From assembly GCA_963775465.1 (NCBI GenBank), contig CAVZIW010000003.1, forward strand, positions 192,001-256,000: a DNA stretch of 64,000 nucleotides. Direction: 5' to 3'. Below are positions 19,761 to 28,974 of the stretch, piece by piece. The notes under the pieces were generated by a model. It searched no databases. It was not told where the DNA came from and saw only the letters and a program-made list of their open reading frames with translations. Source of the DNA: Candidatus Bathyarchaeota archaeon. Its GTDB lineage: Archaea > Thermoproteota > Bathyarchaeia > Bathyarchaeales > Bathycorpusculaceae. A program made the position numbers and the translations under genes. Position 1 is the stretch's first letter. Each line of letters starts with the position of its first letter.

Positions 19761-20393
19761 TTAATCCCTAGAGAGCCTCTTTGTTCTTGTCATTATATTT
19801 TGGGCGATTTCAAGGTCTTTGGTTGTGTTGATGTTCAGGAGAAACTCTGTTTCTTCCGAGATTATTGCGCTTGTTTCAATTTTGCCTTCGCTTTGAATTT
19901 TAGTCCCGTTAATGATGTTGATTCCCGATACTGCATACCAAATTCCATTGTATTCATCGATTGAAGAAATCGATAGACCTGCGTCTTCTCTTGCTTTAAT
20001 TGGAACAAAAACCGCCAAAAAATCTTTTTTGCAGAATTCAAACTCGCTAACGATTTTGTCAAGACCTTTCCCTGTAATAGCTGGCACATCTGCTGGCAAC
20101 GTGAGCACTGGACCAGTCCAGCCCAGATTGAAAACCGCTTGCTTCAAATCATCATGGTAACCTTTGGCTTTGGTACGCAGGATTTTCCAGCCTTTGTTGC
20201 GACAGTGTTGCTCAGTTTCAGATGTATTACCGCTCGTGACAATATAGAATTCTGAAACATTTTTCGCGCTGGCAACTGCTTCGGCAACCCAGTCAATCAG
20301 AGGTTTGCCCAAAAACTGTAACATTGGTTTTTCAGACGACAAGCTCATCCTTTTTCCCATTCCGCCAGCCATTATCAAACAAGGAACCTTCAT
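19761..20393 (-). CDS. cobY: CobY-like NTP transferase (adenosylcobinamide-phosphate guanylyltransferase), copy 1
   Basis: MAGGMGKRM...EKP, ADVP, GINII and NINTTKDL motifs; overlaps cobS. Confidence 0.85.
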   Translation of the reverse strand: MKVPCLIMAGGMGKRMSLSSEKPMLQFLGKPLIDWVAEAVASAKNVSEFYIVTSGNTSETEQHCRNKGWKILRTKAKGYHDDLKQAVFNLGWTGPVLTLPADVPAITGKGLDKIVSEFEFCKKDFLAVFVPIKAREDAGLSISSIDEYNGIWYAVSGINIINGTKIQSEGKIETSAIISEETEFLLNINTTKDLEIAQNIMTRTKRLSRD

Positions 20394-21223
20394 GCGATCA
20401 CCATGAGTGCCAAGGCAAGTAAAACTAACGTTATAGCTCGTGCAACCTCGTTTGTTGCTCCAATCATATCACCTGAAACTCCGCCAAAAACATTGTATGA
20501 GACTTTTCGCATTCCAAATGCAACGGGAATACTGACTAAAACCATTCCAACACTCGCTAATCCCAAAACTAAGTTGCCGAAAAAGCCGAAGCAGGTGAAC
20601 GCTATCAATACGGCAATTGCATAAGCGGCGACGTTGAGTTTCTTTTTGGCTTTAGCAAGAAAAATTGAGCCTAAACCTTTATGTGATGGTTTGCCTGCCC
20701 AAATAATAGTTACCATTGAAAGCTTGGCCGAAACCTCAGCTGCAATAACCGCTCCGAATGCATACCCTGGATTCACTAAAAACAAGCCAGCAAACGCTAA
20801 AAACTCCACAGCTAACGCTAAAACTGCGCCTGCGTAAGTAACGGTCCAAGCATGAGCCTTCATTTTTCGGTCATGGACGTTTCGCAAACCAATAGCGTTG
20901 CCTAAATCGATTAAACCGTCAAAGTGTTGAAGCCCAGTTAAAACAGAGAGAAAAGCAATCGTCATGGCTGCAGGAATTAGGTTCCCTAGTACTGCTGTGG
21001 GCAAAGCAACAATATTTCCTGCTAACCCGAGAATAAACGAAACTACTATGTTTGAACCAATAAAATAAAATGCTCCAAGTAAACCAATAAAGCCGCCGAT
21101 TAACGGAAAAAGCCAAACATTCTCTGCTGTTGTCAAGATGAAGTCTTCTTTTCCTCCAACCGGTATGATGGTTAGGAAAGACAGCAAATCCCTAAAAGTT
21201 TTTATAGTTTTCACAGGCGACAT
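20390..21223 (-). CDS. cobS: CobS-like membrane protein (cobamide synthase), divergent copy 1
   Basis: LSFLTIIP, FPLIG, TGLQHFDGLID and GGVSGDMIGATNE motifs; lacks the DG and MxD..GxxG elements seen in copy 2. Confidence 0.82.
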   Translation of the reverse strand: MSPVKTIKTFRDLLSFLTIIPVGGKEDFILTTAENVWLFPLIGGFIGLLGAFYFIGSNIVVSFILGLAGNIVALPTAVLGNLIPAAMTIAFLSVLTGLQHFDGLIDLGNAIGLRNVHDRKMKAHAWTVTYAGAVLALAVEFLAFAGLFLVNPGYAFGAVIAAEVSAKLSMVTIIWAGKPSHKGLGSIFLAKAKKKLNVAAYAIAVLIAFTCFGFFGNLVLGLASVGMVLVSIPVAFGMRKVSYNVFGGVSGDMIGATNEVARAITLVLLALALMVIA

Positions 21224-21237
21224 ATAGCTTACAACTA

Positions 21238-21255
21238 CCTATATGAAAATATAGG
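21238..21255. promoter_or_regulatory. Perfect 7-bp inverted repeat CCTATAT-GAAA-ATATAGG in the very short divergent intergenic region; candidate bidirectional TATA box or operator
   Basis: The repeat is directly visible. Each TATA-like arm lies about 25-30 nt upstream of one of the two divergent start codons (21223 and 21272). Confidence 0.5.
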
Positions 21256-21271
21256 CTTTGTCGTGACTTGG

Positions 21272-22207
21272 ATGGCTGACCTAAAAGGAAAAAAAGTTAT
21301 GGTTACTGGCGGAGCAGGTTTTGTAGGTTATCACCTGTGTAATAAACTCCAAAATTTGACCGATGACTTAACGATTTATGATAATTTATCGAGCGGCAAG
21401 ATTGAGAATGTTAATGATGTTTCGAAAGCAAAGTTCGTGAAGGGTGACATACTTGACCTAACAGGTCTCTTTGACTTACCCAAACAGGATTTAATTTACC
21501 ATTTAGCTGCTCAGGTTGTTGTGCCGTATTCGATGGAGAATCCTATGATTGATTTTGAAACAAACGCCAAAGGCACGCTTAGCGTATTGGAGAAAGCCCG
21601 CAAAGATGATGCCAAACTGGTGTTTGCTTCTAGCGCAGCTGTCTATGGCAACCCAACCCAAATGCCAACCACGGAAGAGTACGGTTTTCATCCGGTTTCA
21701 TGTTATGGCTTATCCAAAGTTGTTGGGGAAGAATATTGCCAAATGTATAGTGAGCAATATGGTTTAGATGTTGTCATCACTCGGTTTGCTAACGTTTACG
21801 GATTGCGTTGCCATGGTGTTATCCATGATTTTCTTGACAAACTTGCTAGGAACCCCAATAAACTTGAAATCATCGGTACTGGTTTGCAGTCACGCGACCT
21901 TGTGCATATTTCTGATGTCGTTGACCTATTGATTACTGTTGGCTCGCTTCAATCAGTAAATGGAGAAACCTATAATGTGGGCTTGGGAAAAACAACCAAG
22001 ATCATAGACCTCGCAAAAATGATGCTAAAAATTCTTGGGCTTCATGACAGGACCCTGATCACAACTACCGGTGTATCCTGGCACGGCGATATTCACACTA
22101 TTTGGTTTGATAACTCAAAAGCAAAAAAAGAACTGGGCTGGAACCCAAAGGTCACCTTGGAAGATGCTATTAAAGAAGTCATCGCTGACAGGAAAATAAA
22201 GATATGA
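21272..22207 (+). CDS. NAD-dependent NDP-sugar epimerase/dehydratase (extended SDR)
   Basis: TGGAGFVG, SSAAVYG, YGLSK and RFANVYG motifs. Confidence 0.92.
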   Translation: MADLKGKKVMVTGGAGFVGYHLCNKLQNLTDDLTIYDNLSSGKIENVNDVSKAKFVKGDILDLTGLFDLPKQDLIYHLAAQVVVPYSMENPMIDFETNAKGTLSVLEKARKDDAKLVFASSAAVYGNPTQMPTTEEYGFHPVSCYGLSKVVGEEYCQMYSEQYGLDVVITRFANVYGLRCHGVIHDFLDKLARNPNKLEIIGTGLQSRDLVHISDVVDLLITVGSLQSVNGETYNVGLGKTTKIIDLAKMMLKILGLHDRTLITTTGVSWHGDIHTIWFDNSKAKKELGWNPKVTLEDAIKEVIADRKIKI

Positions 22208-23118
22208 GTACTGTCAAGCCAGCAAGAGGCCTGATAGCGCTTCTGCGACTTCCTTACTGGCTAATGACTGGTGGATTAGCAGTTTTAACGGCGTTTGCCA
22301 TCTTAAAAGGCGACTTTTCGAGCATACAAACCAATATAGGCAATATGGCTTTCGGTTTGGTTGCATTATTAACTTTTTTTTCCATGGCATTTATAGCTTC
22401 TGCAGGTTTTGCCATAAATGACTATTTTGATCGCGAAAGCGATGCAGTCATTAAACCTAGACGTCCTATTCCTTCAGGTGCACTCTCACTCAAACAGGTT
22501 GTATTTGTTTCCGGGGCACTTTTTGCGTTAGGATTGATTCTTTCATCATTCATAAATTGGCTTAGCTTTACTATCATTGCTATTGATTCACTTTTGCTGT
22601 TGCTTTACTCGTACATGGTCAAGAAGAAGTCAGGTTTTGCAGCAAACCTATTAATGGGGATTTTAACGGGTACCGCGTTTATTTATGGGCAAGCTACCAT
22701 TTCAGATACTATAAACTTAACTTCCTTTACACTTTATCCAATTGCGTTTGGCACCATTGGCGGCAACGTACTTCGAGACATTCTTAGCCTGGAGGGTGAC
22801 TCTAAAGTTGGATATCCCACGTTGCCACAGAAAATCGGGACAATTAGTGCAGCTAAAGTCGGAGCGATATTTTTTCTCTTAACAGGATTGTTAGCGCCCC
22901 TGCCAGCTATACCCTTCTTTGCGGGTCACTTCACAGTTTATTATTTGCCGCTCATTCTACTTTGGAGTATACTTTTAATCTATGCTTCTATACGTCTAAT
23001 GACTTCAGCTTCAACTGTGCAGAACATACGCAAATACGAACGTATCGTAACCATGTCGATGATATTGCTTCCTCTTGCGTTGATCATTGAAGCAGTCCTT
23101 GGGTGGCTATTAGCATGA
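22204..23118 (+). CDS. UbiA-family prenyltransferase, DGGGP synthase-like
   Basis: INDYFDRESDAVIKPRRPIPSG, degenerate second motif RDILSLEGD..GYPTLP, multiple TM helices. Confidence 0.85.
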   Translation: MSTVKPARGLIALLRLPYWLMTGGLAVLTAFAILKGDFSSIQTNIGNMAFGLVALLTFFSMAFIASAGFAINDYFDRESDAVIKPRRPIPSGALSLKQVVFVSGALFALGLILSSFINWLSFTIIAIDSLLLLLYSYMVKKKSGFAANLLMGILTGTAFIYGQATISDTINLTSFTLYPIAFGTIGGNVLRDILSLEGDSKVGYPTLPQKIGTISAAKVGAIFFLLTGLLAPLPAIPFFAGHFTVYYLPLILLWSILLIYASIRLMTSASTVQNIRKYERIVTMSMILLPLALIIEAVLGWLLA

Positions 23119-24662
23119 GTGAAACAAAAAGCATATGTCCTGAATGCCAAAAAAAAATCGATGCCCAATTAAGTCAAGCTAATGGCAAAATACAAATTAC
23201 TAAGCGATGTCCAGAACATGGAGACTTTAAAGCAACCCACTGGCAAAGTAAGCCCATATTTGAACATATGCAAAAATACGACCAATTCCAATATCTGGGC
23301 GACCTAAATGCACCCAAAAACCCTGATGGCTGCCCCTATAAGTGCGAAACCTGCACTCAACATGCTTCAGGCACGGTTATAGGCGTAATTGACGTAACCA
23401 AACGCTGCAACTTCAAATGTGCAGTTTGCTTCTCTACTTTTCCCCAACAAGACTCAGATTATGAACCAACAAGAGAAGCACTCGAAAATATGTTGATATT
23501 CGCAAGCGAAGCAAATCCTAAACCTCCAGCCATTCTCTTCTCAGGCGGTGAACCTCTTGAACGAGAAGACATGCCTGAAATAATCGCTACTGCTCATAAA
23601 CTGAAGTTCATGACTATTTTAGCAACTAACGGAACCCATTTAGTTGACACTCCTGGCTTAGCCAAGAAACTAAAAGACAGCGGTTTAAACATCGTTTATC
23701 TGTCATTTGATAGTTTTCATGAAGAATTCAACAAAAAAGTGCGGGGACTTGAGCTTGTTGACATGAAACTTAAGGCAATCGAAGTTTGCCGTAAATATGA
23801 TATGGAAATAATTCTTGTAAATACGCTCATGAAGAGCCTCAATGACAAAGAAGTTGGTGATATGATACGGTTCGCCGCCAAAAACACCGATATAATTAGA
23901 GGTTTAATCTTCCAACCCATCGCGTTTACAGGGAGAGCAACCGAAAATCCTTTCCGTGAAAACTTCCGCGAATGGAGCTTTGCCGAAGGTGTTGAAAAAC
24001 AAACTGATGGTGAAATAAAAGCTACTGATTTATATCCGATGTCGGTTATGACTTCGCCAATTAAAATTATGCGTAAATTCATGCAAAAACCTTGGCCGTT
24101 GTTCTCGTGTAGCCCACAGTGCGGTATAGTAAACTGGGTTTATGTTTCTAAAAACGGCAAAATGTTCCCAATAAACCGCTTCGTGAATTTTGACCGCTTC
24201 TTTAACAGCATTCGCAAGACCGCGGAGGCAGCTGAATCCAAAGGCAAAATGTCCTTGCTTTCGTCACTATTCATGGCATCTATGCTATCGATGGACATGT
24301 TCTTAGTTACAAAGGAAGTAGGAATGCCAACACTTGTTAAATCAATCATGCGCATGCATCTCTCACCATCGTACCAGTCGTTGGGAAAAATTCGACGCAG
24401 AATATTCCTGTTAGGCTGCATGGCCTTTATGGATTCTTTCAACTTTGACGTTAACCGCGTCCGCCGATGTGTAGTTCACTACATAACCCCTGACCTCAAA
24501 ATAATACCGTTCTGCGCCTACAACAATGTGCATCGAGTGGCTATAGAAAAAGAATACGCACAACGCCAAAGCAAAACCCAATCAAACTTACAATATACTG
24601 TTTCTAACACAAATTCTAATGAGATTACGCCAAACGCTAAACTGAAAAATACTCGCAAGTAG
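23115..24662 (+). CDS. tes: Tetraether lipid synthase (Tes / GDGT-MAS)-like radical SAM protein
   Basis: N-terminal CPEC...CPEHG, auxiliary GCPYKCETCTQH, radical SAM CNFKCAVC, and C-terminal MAFMDSFNFDVNRVRRCVVHY...IIPFCAYN. ATGA overlap with the UbiA gene. Confidence 0.85.
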   Translation: MSETKSICPECQKKIDAQLSQANGKIQITKRCPEHGDFKATHWQSKPIFEHMQKYDQFQYLGDLNAPKNPDGCPYKCETCTQHASGTVIGVIDVTKRCNFKCAVCFSTFPQQDSDYEPTREALENMLIFASEANPKPPAILFSGGEPLEREDMPEIIATAHKLKFMTILATNGTHLVDTPGLAKKLKDSGLNIVYLSFDSFHEEFNKKVRGLELVDMKLKAIEVCRKYDMEIILVNTLMKSLNDKEVGDMIRFAAKNTDIIRGLIFQPIAFTGRATENPFRENFREWSFAEGVEKQTDGEIKATDLYPMSVMTSPIKIMRKFMQKPWPLFSCSPQCGIVNWVYVSKNGKMFPINRFVNFDRFFNSIRKTAEAAESKGKMSLLSSLFMASMLSMDMFLVTKEVGMPTLVKSIMRMHLSPSYQSLGKIRRRIFLLGCMAFMDSFNFDVNRVRRCVVHYITPDLKIIPFCAYNNVHRVAIEKEYAQRQSKTQSNLQYTVSNTNSNEITPNAKLKNTRK

Positions 24663-24764
24663 TCTTGCTAAACGATATGCTCGCAAGTTTCTGTTTGTGA
24701 CCACAATTGGTATTTATATGCAGAAAAACATACTTTGGCAATGTTTTAAGGCGATGAATCAACC

Positions 24765-25433
24765 ATGACTCAGAAGTTTGCAACGACAATACTTAAGGCG
24801 CTAGAGGATACGCTGGATTTGCCCAAACTCGTAGAAACTAACGCCGATCCATTTAAAACATTAGTCGTAACGATAATTTCACAAAATACTACCGATACCA
24901 ATACCGAACGTGCCTTCACAATTCTCTCCAAAAAGTTCGAAATTACTCCTAAAATATTGGCCAGAGCCCAAACAGGTGCTATTGAAGAATGCATCAAAAT
25001 TGCGGGACTTTGCAAAAATAAAGCCAAAACAATACAAAATGCCTCAAATACAATTATGGCGAAGTTTCAAGGTTCACTTAACCCCATCTTGTCTTTGCCC
25101 ATTGACGAAGCAAGAAATATTCTTATGGACTTACCTGGTGTCGGTCCTAAAACCGCAGACGTTGTTTTATTATTTTCTGCAAATAAACCCACTATTCCAG
25201 TCGATACACATGTGAATCGGGTTTCAAAGCGGCTTGGTTTGGCGCCATCTAACAGCGGTTACGAAGAAGTGCGCGCATGTCTTCAAGCAATATTCGAACC
25301 AAAAGACTACCTATCGGTACATCTGCTGCTGATTGCGCTGGGCAGAAAATACTGCAAAGCCCGTAGACCTCTCTGTCCAAAATGCTCCGTTAACTCCGAT
25401 TGCCCCAAAAACAGTTTAGGGGTAAAGCAATGA
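24765..25433 (+). CDS. nth: Endonuclease III
   Basis: LPGVGPKTA HhH motif, VDTHV, and a C-x6-C-x2-C-x5-C FeS motif. Confidence 0.93.
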   Translation: MTQKFATTILKALEDTLDLPKLVETNADPFKTLVVTIISQNTTDTNTERAFTILSKKFEITPKILARAQTGAIEECIKIAGLCKNKAKTIQNASNTIMAKFQGSLNPILSLPIDEARNILMDLPGVGPKTADVVLLFSANKPTIPVDTHVNRVSKRLGLAPSNSGYEEVRACLQAIFEPKDYLSVHLLLIALGRKYCKARRPLCPKCSVNSDCPKNSLGVKQ

Positions 25434-27364
25434 TTAAGCTTCCAAGTGAAGCTGAAGCATACTTTCCTTACAATAGTGTACGCCCCCACCAAGATGATTT
25501 CATAAGCACAGTTTACAGCGCAGTCGATAACAAACGTTCAGTTCTAATTGAGGGCAGCAACGGGCTCGGAAAGACTATTTCTTCGTTATCAGCCTGTTTG
25601 CCTGTAGCCATTAAAAAGAATCTAAAAATCTTGTATGTTGCTAGGACCCATCGTCAGCATGACCGTGTTATTGAAGAGCTTCGGGCAGTCTACAAGCGTC
25701 ACCCTGTTTCTGGTGTTTCTATTCGGGGACGAAATGAAATGTGTCTTAACGCGTTTGCTGCTGACGGAGGATTTGATTCAAAGTCCATGATGGAGGTTTG
25801 CGAATTATTGAAAGCTAAGGGGAGGTGTCCATTCTACGTTAATGTGGACAATCGAACCTACGATTATCTCCAGCTTCAACAGCAAGTTGCCACCCACCCA
25901 TATATGGCATCTGAAATTCTGCGTTTCTGCAGAAAAAAAGAACTCTGTCCATATGAGCTCGTTAAAGGGGCTGTTTCAGACGCAAAAGTGATAGCTTTAA
26001 GCTACTTGTATGTTTTTGACCCGCAAATACGAAATGCTTTTTTAAAAAATCTAGAAACCGACTTGGGAAAAATTATACTCATAGTCGATGAAGCCCACAA
26101 TTTGCCTGAAACTGCCGTGGATATTTCAAGTAGCTCCCTTTCGTTATTCGTGATGAAACAGGCTGAGTCAGAAGCTAAGCACTTCGGCAAAAAAGATATT
26201 GAAGAGTTTGTAAGTTTTTTTAGAGATGAAGTCGAAAAAATAACTGACAAAGTCAGCAAAGAAGAAATTATTTCTCCTGACAGTTTAATTGAAATCATCC
26301 AAAAACAGGGAAACATCGCCAACCCCGAAAAATTCTTTGAACACATGCATGATGAAGGAGGAGCCATTAAGAAAACACTTTTAGCTGAAGGCAAAAATCC
26401 CCGTTCCTATGTACATGCTATGGGTGAATTTTTGCTAAAATGGCATGATACTGTAGATGATGACTCATTCATCAACGTAGCAAGCCATTATTTCACCAAA
26501 GAAAATAACAAAACTGCAAAACTAGAAATTGTCGCCCTTGACCCAGCCAAAATAACTGAGCCCATTTTCGCGTCAACCTATGCTAACGTTATCATGTCAG
26601 GTACTCTTCAGCCTTTGGAAGCTTACGCGCGAATCACTAGGCTTCCTCAAAGCACTGTAAGGTTTCTTGCACCTTCGCCATTTGCCAAAGAACATGTTTT
26701 CTCAGCAGTTAGCTGTGGCGTAACTACTTCTATGGAAAAAAGGACTCCCTTAATGTATAAAACAATGATAGAACGCATTAACGAAGTCGTGAACAGCACC
26801 CCCACCAATACAGGAGTTTTTGCAGCTTCTTTTCAAGTCCTAAACCAGTTGTTGGAGGCAGGGTTAGAGGACTCATTGCTTAAGCCCTTATTTCACGAAC
26901 ATCGCGGTATGACCTCCAAGGCAAATGAGAAGCTCGTTCAGGATTTCAAAGTCTGTGGCTGCAAAGGCGGCGCTGTGTTTCTAGGGGTTCAAGGTGGACG
27001 AACTTCAGAAGGAGTGGATTTTCCTGGTAACCAAATGGATTCGGTAATTGTTGTAGGGGTGCCTTATGCAGAGCCGACACCAAGAGTCAAAGCACAAATT
27101 GACTATTATGAGAAATGTTTTCCAGGGTTAGGCCGCGAATATGGCTACATTTTGCCAGCAATGAAAAAAGCTTCTCAAGCTGCAGGAAGACCCATAAGAA
27201 CTTTAGAAGATAAGGGAGCTATTGTGTTTTTGGACTATCGTTTTTCTACCACTTACTGCCGAAACTTCTTACCATCATGGATAACTAATTCAATGAAAGT
27301 TTTACCTGATAAAAGGGACGTTTTAGCAGTCGAAGTCAGCGATTTCTTTAGAAATCAATCTTGA
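25430..27364 (+). CDS. xpd: XPD/Rad3/DinG-family FeS DNA helicase
   Basis: GSNGLGKT, four FeS cysteines, DEAH, SGTL, SEGVDF and QAAGRPIR motifs. Confidence 0.92.
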   Translation: MIKLPSEAEAYFPYNSVRPHQDDFISTVYSAVDNKRSVLIEGSNGLGKTISSLSACLPVAIKKNLKILYVARTHRQHDRVIEELRAVYKRHPVSGVSIRGRNEMCLNAFAADGGFDSKSMMEVCELLKAKGRCPFYVNVDNRTYDYLQLQQQVATHPYMASEILRFCRKKELCPYELVKGAVSDAKVIALSYLYVFDPQIRNAFLKNLETDLGKIILIVDEAHNLPETAVDISSSSLSLFVMKQAESEAKHFGKKDIEEFVSFFRDEVEKITDKVSKEEIISPDSLIEIIQKQGNIANPEKFFEHMHDEGGAIKKTLLAEGKNPRSYVHAMGEFLLKWHDTVDDDSFINVASHYFTKENNKTAKLEIVALDPAKITEPIFASTYANVIMSGTLQPLEAYARITRLPQSTVRFLAPSPFAKEHVFSAVSCGVTTSMEKRTPLMYKTMIERINEVVNSTPTNTGVFAASFQVLNQLLEAGLEDSLLKPLFHEHRGMTSKANEKLVQDFKVCGCKGGAVFLGVQGGRTSEGVDFPGNQMDSVIVVGVPYAEPTPRVKAQIDYYEKCFPGLGREYGYILPAMKKASQAAGRPIRTLEDKGAIVFLDYRFSTTYCRNFLPSWITNSMKVLPDKRDVLAVEVSDFFRNQS

Positions 27365-27554
27365 GCTTCCTTAATATTCATATCTGCTAGAACGTTTCTA
27401 AACACAGATCCTTCGTTGGCTTCAAAATGATTTTCGTCTTTTTTCCTGATGAACCCGCACTTTGTTATTCTTCTGCGATTGTTTGCCGAGTGCTTATATT
27501 TTTCAGAAACAAGGTGAACCCAGGTAAATTTGTAAAATAAAAGTTGCCTAATTG

Positions 27555-28199
27555 CTACGAATTGTTTGTCGCAATAAGCTTCCTCCTTTTATAAACGTGC
27601 CCAGACCTGCCTGCTATACGAATGGCTGAAGAAATGTGCCTAATTTTACGGGTATGCTTTTTTTGGGGTTTGTCAGTTCCTGCTTCGTTCACCACTTCCA
27701 ACTTTACCTGGATTGGCAGAACATTATCTAGATCAATCACCAGGTCTCTGTAAATGGGCGTTCCATTTCCAATCTTAACCACAACGTGTGTATGTTCAAA
27801 GTTTACGTTTCTTGTTGCCCTAAGCGCGCTATTAGATAATTCACGAACGCTGAAATTATTACTTTCTTCAATTACTTTTCCATCAGCCAAAACAGCCAAT
27901 CCAATTGTCTCACCTGGGTCAATTCCAATAACTATTCTATCAAACATTTCTTTTCCGAGAAGAATCCTTTTGATCTCGCTAATTAAATTCTCTAACTCGT
28001 TCTCGCTTTTAAAAACAAGAATTTTTCCATAGTTTACCAGGCTCTTTTCTCTTTCGGTTGTTATTACTATCTTAACTCTGGTAAAAATTGGATTACCTGG
28101 GATTATACTGCTGAAGGCAATGTTTTGTTCTTTTAGTGCGTTAACGATTAGGAAGTATGCTTTGCCTTGGATTGTTGCAACTGCAACTTTTTCTTTCAT
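27555..28199 (-). CDS. Conserved archaeal protein with RNase H-like (GIDPG) domain
   Basis: IGIDPGETIGLAV, KIGNG, VNEAGT and HISSAIRIA motifs. Confidence 0.7.
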   Translation of the reverse strand: MKEKVAVATIQGKAYFLIVNALKEQNIAFSSIIPGNPIFTRVKIVITTEREKSLVNYGKILVFKSENELENLISEIKRILLGKEMFDRIVIGIDPGETIGLAVLADGKVIEESNNFSVRELSNSALRATRNVNFEHTHVVVKIGNGTPIYRDLVIDLDNVLPIQVKLEVVNEAGTDKPQKKHTRKIRHISSAIRIAGRSGHVYKRRKLIATNNS

Positions 28200-28274
28200 A
28201 AAGAAATCCTTAAAGTATACGTTTAAGTGCAAAACTCATTATTATCTTCAAGTTAATAATCCTGACGTGAAAAA

Positions 28275-28967
28275 ATGGTGGAAATCCAGACAGGCTGCAG
28301 TTGCATCGATACTAATATAGGCGGCGGAATCAAAAAAGACGTCATAACTCTAATTTATGGAGCTCCGGAAACAGGGAAGTCTACCCTCGCAATGCAGTGC
28401 TCCGTTAACTGTGCTATTCAAAACTTGAAGGTTCTTTTTGTGGACTGCGACAACACATTCTCAACAAAGCGGCTTGCCCAGATTTCTGGGGACAAATTTG
28501 ATGAGGTTGCTGAACGAATTATTTTAGTTAAGCCCAAGAATTTTTGTGAGCAAACTGCTTTTATAGACCAAATTCAAGATTACGTAAACAAAAATGTCGG
28601 GTTAATCGTATTTGACACTTTGACTTCGCTTTATGGAGCAGAAGTCTGCGAAACTTCAAGTAAAACTTTCTCTATTAACCGTGAATTAAACAGGCAATTA
28701 GCTATTTTGGCGCAGACTGTAAAAATCTGCAAAATCCCCCTGATAATCACCAGCCAAGTCCGAAGCATTTTAGGCGAGCAAGAAGATAATGTTCGACCTG
28801 TAGCGACTAGAGTTTTAAAGTTTTGGGCAGAAACCATAATTGCATTAAAACCAACTGAGCAGCCTCAAATAATAAAGGCGGTTCTTGAGAAAAAGCATGA
28901 GACTGATAATGAAGTTGTATGTTATGTACAAATAGGGGAAATGGGAATACAAGATAGCAACCCCTAA
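28275..28967 (+). CDS. radB: DNA repair and recombination protein RadB
   Basis: GAPETGKS Walker A; short RecA core without N-terminal domain; ITSQV; C-terminal LEKKH. Confidence 0.85.
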   Translation: MVEIQTGCSCIDTNIGGGIKKDVITLIYGAPETGKSTLAMQCSVNCAIQNLKVLFVDCDNTFSTKRLAQISGDKFDEVAERIILVKPKNFCEQTAFIDQIQDYVNKNVGLIVFDTLTSLYGAEVCETSSKTFSINRELNRQLAILAQTVKICKIPLIITSQVRSILGEQEDNVRPVATRVLKFWAETIIALKPTEQPQIIKAVLEKKHETDNEVVCYVQIGEMGIQDSNP

Positions 28968-28974
28968 TTAATGG

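Noticed and set aside
1-24662. Interpretation of the left cluster as a RiPP locus or de novo corrin ring synthesis
   Set aside because: No convincing precursor peptide, peptidase or exporter, and no precorrin methylases or chelatase. The Tes, UbiA and Gms-like genes point to lipids.
27355-27560. Open minus-strand frame in the gap between xpd and the GIDPG gene
   Set aside because: No suitable start codon and no motif.
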